The notes below the pieces were generated by a model that worked only from the letters and a program-made list of their open reading frames with translations, ran no database searches and was not told where the DNA came from. The position numbers and the translations under genes were made by a program. From positions 1,798,001-1,862,000 of the forward strand of contig OZ218962.1 in the NCBI GenBank assembly GCA_965112735.1: DNA of 64,000 nucleotides. Direction: 5' to 3'. Below are positions 1 to 11,404 of the stretch, piece by piece (the first letter of the stretch is position 1; every line of letters starts with the position of its first letter). Origin of the DNA: Phaeosaccion multiseriatum. Taxonomy: Eukaryota; Protista; Ochrophyta, other classes.

Positions 1-26
1 CTCTTCTCTCCTCATCCCTCTCCCAG

Positions 27-870
27 TCATGGACCTATGCAACCACAGCAGCCGAGCAGCGACCGTCCGTATGCGAAAGAGCACGTCCCGAGCGCAATAC
101 GACCTCGTCACGAGAGAGATCGATGCAGCCACAAGGGAGGGAGAGATTGCTCCGGGGGAGGAGCTGAGCATCAGTTACGGGGATGTCAGTAACGATGACC
201 TATTAGTAAGGTTCGGCTTCGTCGAAAAGGTAATTGAGGAATGCGCGTTTGGCTCTTTCTTCCCCACGGGGAGGAGGAGGAGGAGGAAGGGGAGGAGGAG
301 GAGGAGGAGGAGGAGGAGGAGGAGGAGGTGTAGGAGGACGAGGAGGAGGAGGCGGAGGACGAGGACGAGGACGAGGATGAGGAGGCAGAGGACGAGGAGG
401 ACGAGGAGGAGGAGGAGGAGATGGGGGGACAACTCCCTCCGCCTCCGCCCCCCTAAACCCCTCCCTCCCGCTGCACAAACACACACGCACACACGCACAC
501 ACACACACGTACGCTCGCACACGCACACACACACTCTCTCTCTCTCTCTCACACACACACACAGGACAACCCTTATGACGACTTCGTTTTGAGCAAGAAA
601 GAGCTCTGCCGCCTCCTCGACATCGAAAATGACAGAGTCGACGAAGCGATGCTAGAGTGAGTGAGTCAGTGAGTGAGTGAGTGAGTGAGTGAGTGAGTGA
701 GTGAGTGAGTGAGTGAGTCAGTGAGTGAAGAAGGGAGTGAGTGAGTGAGTCAGTGAGTGAAGGGAGTGAGTGAGTGAGTGAGTGAGTGAGTGACTCTTCT
801 CCCTGCCTCTCTCTCTCTTCTTCTTCTCCCTGCCTCTCTCTCTCTCTTCTTCTCCCTGCCTCTCTCTCTC

Positions 871-915
<45 letters not shown>

Positions 916-2567
916 GTTTTGAGAAGTGGGTTGCTGGGTTTCCGGGCTGGTGTGGGTAACTTCCTACCGTACCCAATCGACCATCCTTCGACTCACCCAC
1001 AGAGGGCTCACCCCCCCCCTTTTGCCCCTCCTTCCCTTCCCCTCCGCTCCACTCCTCTGCGCCGTTCTCTGTCTGCCTGCCTGCCCATATGCCTACCCAT
1101 CTGCCTGTCTCTATCCATCAGACTGGGTCTAGGGGCGGCGGGGCTGGACGAAGGCGTGTACCTGCAGCGAAAGGCACCCAATTCAGATGGCTCCATCATC
1201 TACAACCAAGGCAGTAAGTCACTAAAGAAACATAAGAGCTAAGCTTGCGCAAAAAATAGGAGAGAGAAGAAAGAGAGAGATACGTCATTCCCTACCTATA
1301 TACCTCCCCCCCCTCCTCCCTCCCTCCCTCCCTCCCTCCCTCCCTCCCTCCCTCCCTCCCTCCCTCCCTCCCTCCCTCCCTCCCTCCCTCCCTCCCTCCC
1401 TCCCTCCCTCCCTCCCTCCCTCCCTCCCTCCCTCCCTCCCTCCCTCCCTCCCTCCCTCCCTCCCTCCCTCCCTCCCTCCCTCCCTCGCTTTCCCACCCCT
1501 CCTCCCCCCTCCCCACACCCGCTCTGGAGTCACCGCCTCGCCCCACCTCTGAGCTTGTTGCCTTTGCCACCCACGCACGCACCCACGCACGTATCCACGC
1601 ACGCACCCACGCACCCACGCACGCACCCACCCATCTACCCACCCATCTACCCACGCATCTGCCCACCCATCTATCCACCCACCCATCCACTGCCTCTGTC
1701 CTTCCTTGTGTGTCTCTTCTCTCAGCGACGCTGATGGCCCTTGGATCTCTGCCCACGGCCTTCCGCAAGGGGCCGAACGAGCAGCAGCAGGGGGTGGCGG
1801 CGACGGAGCTTGTCGGCTTCAAGGCCCTGCAGTACTGCCTGCTCAAGCTGCTCAAGGAGATTCAAGGTGAGGGGGAGGGGGTGGAGTTTTGAGTTTGAGT
1901 TTGAGTTTGAGTTCAGGTTATTGGCCGTGACGGATGAGGGCAGGGAGCGTATCTCAAATCAAGGAGGGTACAATGGATATGGAGATGGATCGGTATGGAG
2001 AGGGTAGGGAGGGGGTGTGTGGGGTGGACATGGGTGGGCCTAGCACCGACATGTGTGGTGTGGTGTTTCCACACACTTGCCTGCCTCCATGCAGTGGATG
2101 GCACTGGATGGCACTCGAGTGCTCTGCCTCCCTCTCGCTGCGTGGGCGCTGCATGGATGGGCCCCTCTGCCCTCTGCTCACCTGCCCCTGCCTGCCACGC
2201 TGACTCCCTTTCACTCTCCCTCCCTTCCCTTGTCAGTCCTCGGCCATTGAACTCTTCCACACCTCATCCCCCCAATGAATCGACCACTCCCAACACCTCG
2301 TCTCCCCACCCATCCCTTCCTTTCTCCCTCACCCCCCCACCCATCCCTTCCTTCGTCCGTCCCCTCCTCTCCCCTTTTTGAGCAGAAGGAGACGTCAAGA
2401 AATCCTCCGGAAGCAGCAGCAGCAGCAGCAAGACGAAGGAGGCAGCGGGGGCAAGCACGCCATCGGTGGCAGCGGACATCGCCGTTACGTTTCGACGAGA
2501 GAAGGCAAGAGTGCTCAAGGAGGCCCTCCGGACAGTCAACATGGAGGTGGACAGGCAAGGCGTTTGA
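27..2567 (+). CDS. SET-domain (Rubisco LSMT/SETD-like) methyltransferase, 3' part, spliced; 5' end outside the window
   Basis: Exon 27-229 has the SET motifs MDLCNHS and [23 protein letters not shown]. Further GT-AG exons at ~564-656 (DNPYD), ~917-955, ~1122-1213, ~1726-1867 and ~2386-2567 ([12 protein letters not shown], like the LSMT substrate-binding C-terminus). TGA at 2565-2567. Confidence 0.8.
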
Positions 2568-2790
2568 TGACTTATGGAACCAGGCGTTTGATGACTTATG
2601 GAGGTGGACAGGCAAGGCGTTTGATCACTTAAGGAGCCAGGCGTTTGATGACTTATGGAGGTAGGCAAGGCGTTTGATGACTTGAGGAGCTGGACAGGCT
2701 GGAGCCAGGCGTTTGATGACTTATGGAGCTGGACAGGAAAGGCGTTTGATGACTTATGGAGGTGGACAGGCAAGGATTGTGATGACATCT
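2545..2790 (+). repeat. Minisatellite, ~8 copies of AGGCGTTTGATGACTTATGGA with variable short linkers, spanning the SET gene stop codon
   Basis: Copies start at about 2558, 2582, 2615, 2639, 2668, 2707, 2740 and 2773 (last one degenerate). Confidence 0.9.
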
Positions 2791-2853
2791 CCCTTGCATC
2801 TTTCCTAAAGTAGTGCTTTACTGCAGTCGTTTTTTAACACTCGATTTGCGTAA

Positions 2854-3057
2854 GAATCGCCCAAGTCGCCCGTTTTACAGAGATGGGGCGGCAAGGGGGA
2901 GTGCTCTTGCAGAAATGCTGACAAGTACACGTAGGGAAGGGAAAAAGCAATGAAAGTGCAAGACTACGGATGGATAGGCATCTCAAAGAGCTACTGTACA
3001 CGAAGAGCTATAGCGCTTCTCCCAGCGTCATTTTGCTACAAGCGATTTGGGCGATTC
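2854..3057. mobile_element. Possible degenerate MITE (16-bp inverted termini)
   Basis: GAATCGCCCAAGTCGC (2854-2869) and GCGATTTGGGCGATTC (3042-3057) are inverted repeats with 1 mismatch. No clear TSD. Confidence 0.3.
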
Positions 3058-3507
3058 CTCTTCCACCCCTCCTTTATTCCTTCATTAACTTAAACCTACA
3101 CGGTGACATGAAGACACGTTTATGTTTATGTTACACTTTGTTTATGCGTGACGTTGTACAAGTACGAGACACGTACTCGGCACTGCGCTCACTCCTTACA
3201 CTACACGCCACCGCTTCTTCTTGGCCTCTACTTTCGCGAGTCCTTTGGCGAGTTCATCCAGGGGGGGATCACAATACCTTTACATGTAAGGCTTTAAAGG
3301 CCTTCAGGCTTCAAGGCTGTAAGTGTAAGGCCTCTTGCCGCTGCCCGCCCCCTCCTTCCCTTCACCCTCTCTTCTAACTCTTACTCTTACATCACACTCC
3401 ACACAAACCCTGTGAGGAGCGGCTCCTGAAACGCCACCCCTTGAGTAATTAGTACTACTGAAGTACAAAAGACGGGAAAAATTGAGTAATTGTAAGTACT
3501 ACTGAAA

Positions 3508-4206
3508 TTAGTATGGGGAGGACCTCCGGCGCTGCCGGTCGTGAGTACTCCTTCCAGCGGGGGGGGGCCGACGGCGAGCGGGATCGTTGGGGATTGCAGT
3601 GGTGGGCAGGGGAGGCGACTCGGGTATGCAGGCGAGCCTCGCCAGCAGGGAGAGACCGCCCTCGGTAGGCGCTGTAGGATTCTTGTGCTGATGTTCCACC
3701 CACTGCTGTTGTCGTTGTGGCCGCTGCTGCTGCTGCAGCTGCTGCATCAGAGTGGGTCCTCCTCTCTCCACCTCCGCCGCGTCCACCGCCTCCCCACCCT
3801 CCCCCACAAGTTCCCCCGTCTCCGCAGCCACCAAGTTGGCTTGAATCACCAATTGTCGCTGCCGCGCCCGAAGCATCGTGATATCTCTCTCATAGGCCCT
3901 GAGTACTGTGTCCCTGCTCGTCCTCGCCGCGTCCGTCTCCACTCGGAGGGCCTGGCGAAACCGACGCAGAGTGTCTCTCGGGGAAGGAGCAGATGAACAA
4001 CCACACGCGGAGGTGGCGAGATCCTCGTCCTGCCTCCTATGCTGATTTTGCTTTGGCTCTGTATGGCCCACTGGCTCCGGACACCGTCGATGCTGCTGCT
4101 GCTGCTGATCCGCGGTCGGGACGACGAGGACTCCGTCCACGATCCGAACGCTCATCCGCTCGACGCTATGGCCGACAATGGGTGGCATCAATGTGGGGGA
4201 AAGCAT
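3508..4206 (-). CDS. Hypothetical protein with a coiled-coil-like segment
   Basis: 232-aa ORF with a helical stretch (TLRRFRQALRVE...MLRARQRQLVIQANL), divergent from the STN1-like gene. No recognised domain. Confidence 0.3.
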   Translation of the reverse strand: MLSPTLMPPIVGHSVERMSVRIVDGVLVVPTADQQQQQHRRCPEPVGHTEPKQNQHRRQDEDLATSACGCSSAPSPRDTLRRFRQALRVETDAARTSRDTVLRAYERDITMLRARQRQLVIQANLVAAETGELVGEGGEAVDAAEVERGGPTLMQQLQQQQRPQRQQQWVEHQHKNPTAPTEGGLSLLARLACIPESPPLPTTAIPNDPARRRPPPAGRSTHDRQRRRSSPY

Positions 4207-4456
4207 TGTATCTTAACCTTCTCCCTTTCTCTGTTTGCTGCTCTCCTCACTGCGGCTACCGTATTCCTCCTGTTCCGCTTCTCCTCGCTCTCTTCTCTTA
4301 CTGTGTCCCCTTTTGGTCCTCCTCCCGGAACCTTCAGAGTTGGGGGAGTTGCGCGAACTTCGAAAGTGAATTAAGCTCTGTTGCTGCTCGGCACCATAGA
4401 GAAGGAACTTGTGGGGCCGAGCAAGGCTGCTCGAGCACTACGCTCCCAACCCCCGT

Positions 4457-4790
4457 CTCGCTCCGCAGAAGGTACTGCTGCTGCTGGCTCTGCTCTACTG
4501 CTGCCTGCTGCTGCTGGCACGGAAGGAGGACACGGTCCTCGTTGGCGCCCTAAGCACCCAGCCAGGGTCAGCACAACCGCTTTCCTCAGGTCTACGGCGA
4601 CCGAACGAGCGTCCTTCTACCCCTCTCTTGCTTCGCAGAAGGCACTGCTGCTGCTGCCCCTGCTCTGCTGCTGCCTGTGCTGCTGCCACGGAAGGAGGAC
4701 ACGATCCTCGTTGGCGTCTGGCGCCCCACCCCCCCCCCCCCCCACGCTCTCCTCGTTCTACGTCGATCGAACGAGCCTCCTTCTATCCCT
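4457..4790. repeat. Diverged ~168-bp tandem duplication upstream of the STN1-like gene
   Basis: GCAGAAGG(T/C)ACTGCTGC...CACGGAAGGAGGACACG.TCCTCGTTGGCG and TCTACG.CGA.CGAACGAGC.TCCTTCTA each occur twice. Confidence 0.8.
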
Positions 4791-5005
4791 GTATGGCGGG
4801 TAATGGTCCCGCCACGGAGGAGCTGGGCGGGGTATCTCCATTGCCTGATCATGACGCAGGCTTCCTACTTCCGCGCCTTTACGTTCCGGCCATGTTCTTT
4901 TGTTTGTTTTCGATGTGCGCTACAGAGAAAGAATGCGTAGAATGCCATCTCGGCTGGCTTTTTCTTTTTTATGGTGTTTTGTTTTTTGTTTTAATTTCTG
5001 TCCGC

Positions 5006-6351
5006 ATGGCCAATGGACAGCAAGATTGGCAAGAGGAGGCTCCTCGGGACGTGCCTCTCCACTGGCGACTCTTCCTGAAAGATTTGTTGACGCTGCAGCC
5101 CGCTTCAGTGCCCAATGGCGGCAATGCGAGTCAGTTTGGTAGACCGGGCTCAGGCTTTGTGTTTGGCCCCGCGAGGCACGAGGTGCGCGCTCTGTGCTGC
5201 CTGGGAACGGTGGTAAAGGTCTCGCGACCACAGGATACTGCTAGTGAGCGGAAGGAGTCCAGTGAGGACAGAGAAGGCGTCTTTTGGATAGGTAAGGAGA
5301 TGGGGGAACTGCCGCAGAGTGTTGTGCGCGAACAGAATGACTGCTGAGAAACGAATGAGCCCCCCCCCCTCACTCATCACCCACCTCCCGCTTCACCCCC
5401 TTCCGGCGGCCTCTCCCGCCCCGCTCAGACGACTCCACCGCTGTTGTGCCCGTCGTTGTGAAGCTCCAGGACGGACAGGAGTGGCCGCAGCACCTCGCCT
5501 TGGGCGCCCAAGTGGAGGTGCAGGGGACCGTGGGGAGGAGAGCGGGTACGACAGAGGCAGTCGGGGCAGCACAATCACAGCAGGCAGCGAATCAAGCGCC
5601 GCCCTGCAGCGGCATGTTCATCGCCGCTTCAAGGTGAGGGCATCCCCGTCCCCCCCCCCCCCTTCCCCCCGCCCGCGTCGCCTCCCACACAGGCCTCCTC
5701 CGGCATTGTTACACATGATTCCCCTTTCCTCCACAACCCAAAGGCTTCTTTACACAATGTTGATTGTGTGATTGCGTCCATGTGTGCGTGTGCCCTCTTC
5801 TTCGGCCCAGCCACCGCGAGGAGAAGGAGCCCCTTGCCCTGGCCCTACAGTGCCTGGAGACGATCGAACTGTACGAGACGTGCTACTGCACACAGGGCTG
5901 GGCACCGCAGCCCGTCCGCCTCCCCGCCTGGACCCCGCCCGTGCCGTCCTTCGCTGGGCCGCCGGCACAGCAGCAGCAGCAGCAGCAGCGGCAGTTGGTG
6001 ATACAGAAGAAGCAGCAGGGAGGAAACAGTAGCAGCGAGGCAAGCGTTGGTATGATGGGGTCTGGTGGTGCAGCACCAGCTGGTGATACACCAGCAGCAG
6101 CAGCAGGAGGAGGAGGGGAGGTGGAGGGTGTGGACCAGGCGGCGCTGATTTCTGTGATTTTCGGCCTCATACAGAGCAAGGCGGGGGCCGGAGCTTCCCT
6201 GGAGGAGCTGAGTAGCAGCAGCAGCCTCCCTCCGCGGCTGGAGCAGCAGGGGCAGGCTCGCACTTTGGCTGCAGTGAGCGCCGCACTCGACGATATGGCG
6301 GCAGAGGGCATGATCTACAGCAGTAAGGCCGGCCAATTCATGGCCCTGTAG
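5006..6351 (+). CDS. STN1/RPA2-like OB-fold + winged-helix protein (CST complex subunit STN1-like), 3 exons
   Basis: Exons 5006-5291, 5429-5633 and 5811-6351 splice in frame. LHWRLFLKDLL resembles the STN1 N-terminus. IDDSTAVVPV (DDGTG-type OB motif) is formed across intron 1. The C-terminus AALDDMAAEGMIYSS is RPA32-type winged helix. Confidence 0.7.
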
Positions 6352-7389
6352 CAGCAGTTGGTGATACAGCAACAGGAGCAGGAGTAGGAGCCGTGAACCT
6401 GCCGTGCGTGTTGACGCGATATGCCTGGTGGGGGAGCCCATCAGCCCCCAGCAGACGATTTGAAACCGTCATTAGCACCCATCAGACGATTTGAAACGGT
6501 GGCACGGGGTGATCGGCCTGCCTGTCTGCCTGCCTGCCTGCCCGCCTATCCCCTGCCCTCCAGCCTCTCCAGCCCCTCCTGCTGTACATGTAGAGATGAA
6601 ACGCAGCAGAGGCAAGCAAGAGCGAAGGCAGGCAGCGAAGGCAGACAGCGGAGATAGGCGAGGCAGCCCTCACACAGCAGGCTGGGGCGGCGGGGTGGTG
6701 TCGCGTCACGCAGTAGCCCCCAAGGCAGCGCGCGCGAGAGAGAGAGAGAGTACGGCAGTCAGACACTCCCTGGATCTCTTCCTCTGGACCCTCCGTCCAG
6801 CGCCGGTCTCCTCGAACCCAAGGCACCCACCACACTCTCCTCTCCTCCTTTGAGGGGTTGGAGCGCACGGAGCAATGCTCGACCTCCTGGCTTCGGTATG
6901 CTTGTCCTGTTGAGCGGCTCGGGCTCCACATTCCTCTCGCCGGGCTCGGACGCGTGGATAGCATGTAGATGCATTTCATCCGGGGCTGGAGAGTGTTCCC
7001 TCGTGGACAGGGGACGACGACACTCGGCAGCATGACAACAACAGCAGCAACGAGAACAACAACGATACCACCAACAGCACCACCAACCAGCAACAGAGCA
7101 CCTGAGCACCGCCCATTGGTGAGGCGTGGTGCAGTCGCCTGCCCGCCTACGCTTTACCTCTCCCCTCTCCTTGGGCCTGTGTTGGCCCTCATTGGGGTGG
7201 TGCGGTACCTTGCATTGGAGCGATGGGCTCCAGTTCCGTCTATGGACGGCGACACAGACAATAGAGCCCCCACAACACAGCTCTTGCGTGCACGTAGGAT
7301 GCGTACGTGTGTGTGGTTTTGACGTCGTGTGAAGGTGTCCGACGGTCTACCCCCTGACGCTGTAACAGCAGCCGAGCAGCCCTGCGTAC

Positions 7390-7821
7390 CTACTGTGCCC
7401 GTATGCCTGTCTTCCCCTGCCCATACACCTTGGCCGGGCGGGGGCTGGGGGCTATAGCTGGTAGCAGCCCGACGAGTACAGCTGGCTTGGGTCCCCCTTC
7501 CTCGCCCCCTGACGCGGTATTGAGCTTTTGCTGATAGTCCACGGTCCACCCCTGACTCGCTACTGAGGTATCGCCGATAGCTGCGCTTATTGGCCCTTCA
7601 AGCCCGCTGTTGGTGAGGCGAACACGCTCTCGGTCGTAGGTGTTGGCATAGTACTGCTCCTTACCGGTCTCGCGGGTTGCTGCTGCCGCTTTTGGGGGTG
7701 TCGCGTCACCCAACCCAACCGCATTGACCGAAGAAGGAATATAAATTTCAGCTCGATGTTCCTTCCCCTGAACGCGTTCGTTGATCAATAGAGGGAGATG
7801 GATTAGAGAGTAGGACAGCAC
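7390..7821 (-). mobile_element. Degenerate 3' fragment of a CRE-like non-LTR retrotransposon (family B), REL endonuclease region
   Basis: Translation HRAEIYIP...AAATRETGKEQYYANTYDRERVRLT resembles an REL C-terminus. The reverse complement of ~7611-7640 matches ~26836-26865 (CACCT.CGACCGAGAGCG.GTTCGCCTCAC) with 2 mismatches. Confidence 0.65.
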
Positions 7822-8127
7822 GCCCCCCCTGACAGGAACGCGCAGCCGGAGAAAGGGCTGCGCGATCGTCCTCTACCATCTCAGGCGCATTTTATCAACC
7901 TGCGGCAACCCTGGGGGGAAACTCGCTCTCTCACGCAACCAGCAGAGAGTCCCACACACACACACACACACACGGGGCCTTGGCAGCGGCAAGAGGCGAG
8001 GCGCAGCAGTGGAAGGGGCATGGCAGAAGAATTGGAAGGCATGCACTTTACTGAGGAAGAAGAAACAGGACGGGAAGATGCGTGAAGCGACTGAGTCGGG
8101 AAAACGCGAAAGAGGGTGAAGGGAAGT

Positions 8128-9874
8128 ATGGCTACAGCAGAGGGTAAGGCATCTCCAGCTGCAGACGGTCCATCGAAGGCGACAGTAGCAGCAGTAGTAG
8201 TAGTAGATGCAGCACTGCCAGACGGGAGTGCTGAGACGAAAGAACCTCCTCCTGCTGTGGAGGGAGGAGGGGGGCAAACTGGCGGGGAGGGTGCTTGCGA
8301 AGGAGGCAATGGGACTGCAGAGGGAGCGAAACAACCAGAAGGAGGAGGACGAGAGTGTGGAGGAGATGCACAAGTAACAGCAGAAGCTAATGGAGCAGAA
8401 GTAGCAAAAGGAGGAGGAGGAGGCGGCGGAGAAGTTGGAGCAGAAGCAGAAGCCGGTTCAGCAGAAGCAGGAGCTGCAGCAGCAGTAGCAGCAGGAAGAG
8501 CAGAAAGTGGAGGTGATACACGAGTAGACGCAGAAGAAGCGAAAGCAACAGTAGGAGACGCGGTAGAATTAACACCACAAGCAGCAGCGCCAGAACGACC
8601 AGCGGCGGGGCCATCCGTAGCAGGCAAAAGAAAGAGAGAAGATGACGGGCGGGAGCACGAAGGAGGAGGGCGAGCCTGTATCGAGGGACAGAGGAGCGCG
8701 AGGGACCAAGACAACGTCACAGAGGTCGAGCCCCCCGGGGACAGCCCTGCACGGAGTGAGGCAGACAAGCAAGCAACGGCAACGGAAATACAGACCGGCA
8801 AGCAACAACAGGCAGCAGCTGGAGGAGGAGCAGGAGCAGGAGCAGGAGGAGGAACTCCCACTTGGAATAATAGAACGAGGGGCGTGGAGGAGGCTTACGA
8901 GGTACGCTGTATGGAATCAGTCCACGTCATTGGGGCCTCAATTGAAGGGGGTAGGGGAAGGAAGGGCTTGTTTCTTGCTGCTCTTTCGTCCCTCTGGAGA
9001 GCCCCAGCATGCCTCTCTCCACGCCCCCCCCCCCATATCACCAACTGCTCAAGAGGTCCTGGTACCCCTTGAACCCCCCCAATGTCGGTCTCGCGTGTTT
9101 CACCCGGCCCCTCTGCCCCCCGCTGCTGTGCCGTATCACCAACTGCTATTGCTGCTCCCGTCTGTGCCCACCCCGTTCCCCTCCACCACTCAGAACCTGC
9201 TGCGGACACTGCAGGCCCTCATTTCTAACCCCCCCGGGTCTAAGAAAGAGCCGGAGGAGGGGAAGGAAAAGGAGGCAGGGGGAGGAGGGGGAGGAGGGGG
9301 AGGAGGGGGAGGAGGAGAGAGAGGAGGCAGCAAGGAGGCGGGGGGGGTCAGCGAGTCAAAGGAAGCCACGGAGGCCAAGGAAGCCAAGGAGGAGGAGGCG
9401 GCAGGAGTGCGCCGTATCGTGTCACAGCTCTCCCTCTTTAATAGGGAGATCGACTCTCTCGTGGACGGGCTTAGGGCCGCTCAAGCTGCTATATCACCAA
9501 CAGGTCAACATCCACGCGCCACCCCCCCCCCGTGTGTCAAGGGCGAGCCCCCAGCAGTAGGAGGAGGAGGGGAAGGCGGGGCGGAGGCGGGGGTGCCCAG
9601 GGCTGTATCCGTTAGTGATAGCACCGGATCTACTTCTTCTGCTTGTGGCCTCACATCCGGCCTGGGTGGGCCCGAGCGAGGACCACCAGTAACGTCAGTG
9701 GGGGGGGGGGAGACGGAGACGGGGGGGCGACAGGGGAAGCAGGGGCAGTTGGTGATACAGGAGGGGCAGCAGGGTCAGCAGGTGCAAGGCTTGGGAGGGC
9801 CGGAGGGGGGGCTGCAGAGCCAGGACGGCGGCAAGGGAGGCGCAGGAGGAGCCGACTCAATACCCATCTCGAGC

Positions 9875-9910
<36 letters not shown>

Positions 9911-10055
9911 CAGCACCAGCACCAGCGGCAGCAGCAGCAGCAGCGATTGACTCCCCAGCCTGGGCAGCATCAGTATCCAAGTCAGGGTCGAGGTGGCCTG
10001 GACAGCGAGCTGCAGCAGCAACAACAGCAGCAGCGGTTGGTGGTACAGCAAGGCG

Positions 10056-10092
<37 letters not shown>

Positions 10093-10246
10093 GTGCCACT
10101 CCTACCAGCAGCAGCCACAAGACGGGCCAGGCCAGCTGCAACAAGACTATCAACAGCCGACTCAGCAGCTTCAGATGCGGCAAGCCGGGCTCCAACAGCA
10201 GAGACCATCGCCCACGACCACGTCGGAGCAGCTCCAGTACCACTAG
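8128..10246 (+). CDS. Hypothetical low-complexity (Gly/Ala/Glu- and polyQ-rich) protein, 2 exons
   Basis: Exons 8128-8901 and 9194-10246 join in phase 0 (EEAYE|NLLRTLQALIS). Short helical core RRIVSQLSLFNREIDSLVDGL. No known domain recognised. Confidence 0.5.
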
Positions 10247-11114
10247 AGGAGTCTATATATATGTATATGTACGACGCGAGCACGGACGGCACTCGTAGCA
10301 GCAGCAGCAGCAGCAGCAGTTGGTTATACAGCAGCGGGACAACTCACAGCACGAGCGCCATCATCGCCTCTTCTCTCCAGCAGCAGTAGCTGTCTCCTCC
10401 ACCGCTGGTGGCCTGGTAGTTTGACCCCGACCCCTTTGTACGGGCGGAGGTCAATATATTTGCTGAGAAGGAGGATGAAGATGAGGATGAGGATGAGGAG
10501 GAGTAGGGGGAGGAGTGGGAGGGGAAGAAAGAGGGAGGGGGTGGGTAAATGGGGTGCCGGGAATCACAGAATCACAAGGAGGTAAGACGTTGAGGCGGGG
10601 TGTAGTGGAAGAGGGGAGAACAGAAGGGGCACGCATCAACAGCGATGCCTCCACATACCAAGAGAGGTCCACTGTGTGGAAGTCCACAACTTGCTCTGCT
10701 GGTTATAGCATCACAGGTCAGAGAGTTTTGTCGCAACGCATGCATGTACAGAGGGGGGGCGCAGGACTCCATATTGCCATATTGCCATACTTGTAATACA
10801 CGAGCGAGTTCTTGTTCTTCGTGTCCTTTTAGTGTGCCGCGTAAAAGAAGGAAAGGGAGGGATCAGTTTGGGCGCGAATTTCACATAAGTCAATGATAGC
10901 ACAAAAATCCCCTGCAAAATCCCGCGAAGAGCGGATCCAGAGCGGCAGCGTTAGGAGAGAGACACCCGCAAGTGATGGGCGCTTCGATGGCAGGACCGCA
11001 ACACAAGCTGACGAAGACGAAGGGGCAGTCCAGGAGCAGCAGCAGCAGCAGTAGCAGCACCAAGCAGTTTACGGCTCCTGCCCTCAACAAACGGCTTCCC
11101 TGTGAGGTGTGGCA

Positions 11115-11355
11115 ATGTCACAGAGAAAGGGCGACGACTACCTCCCAGAGACGTTCTATTTGAACACTCTGGAGAGATATGCAGGTACGCTGCGGGCAAC
11201 TGCCAGGTCTTTTTTGAAAGCAGGTTTTGAATCCCCCTCCCTCTCCACCCCCCTCTCAGTCGCGGGAAACCTCTACAGCGGGCCGGGAGGCACCTTAACG
11301 TTCGATCTCTCGCATCATGTGAGGAGGAGAATGAATAAAGGTGCGAGTTCCGGCA

Positions 11356-11404
<49 letters not shown>

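Noticed and set aside
1205-1220. Possible GC-AG donor in the SET gene
   Set aside because: A canonical GTAAGT 3 nt downstream gives the same phase.
2558-2790. CRISPR-like repeat/spacer appearance (also at 60940-61191)
   Set aside because: Eukaryotic context, spacers short and mutually related, no cas genes.
7839-7864. 9-bp GC hairpin CGCGCAGCC/GGCTGCGCG, and a hairpin + CTAG at ~42625-42651, as Helitron ends
   Set aside because: Spacing or CTRR terminus not canonical, and no 5' TC end or Rep/helicase.
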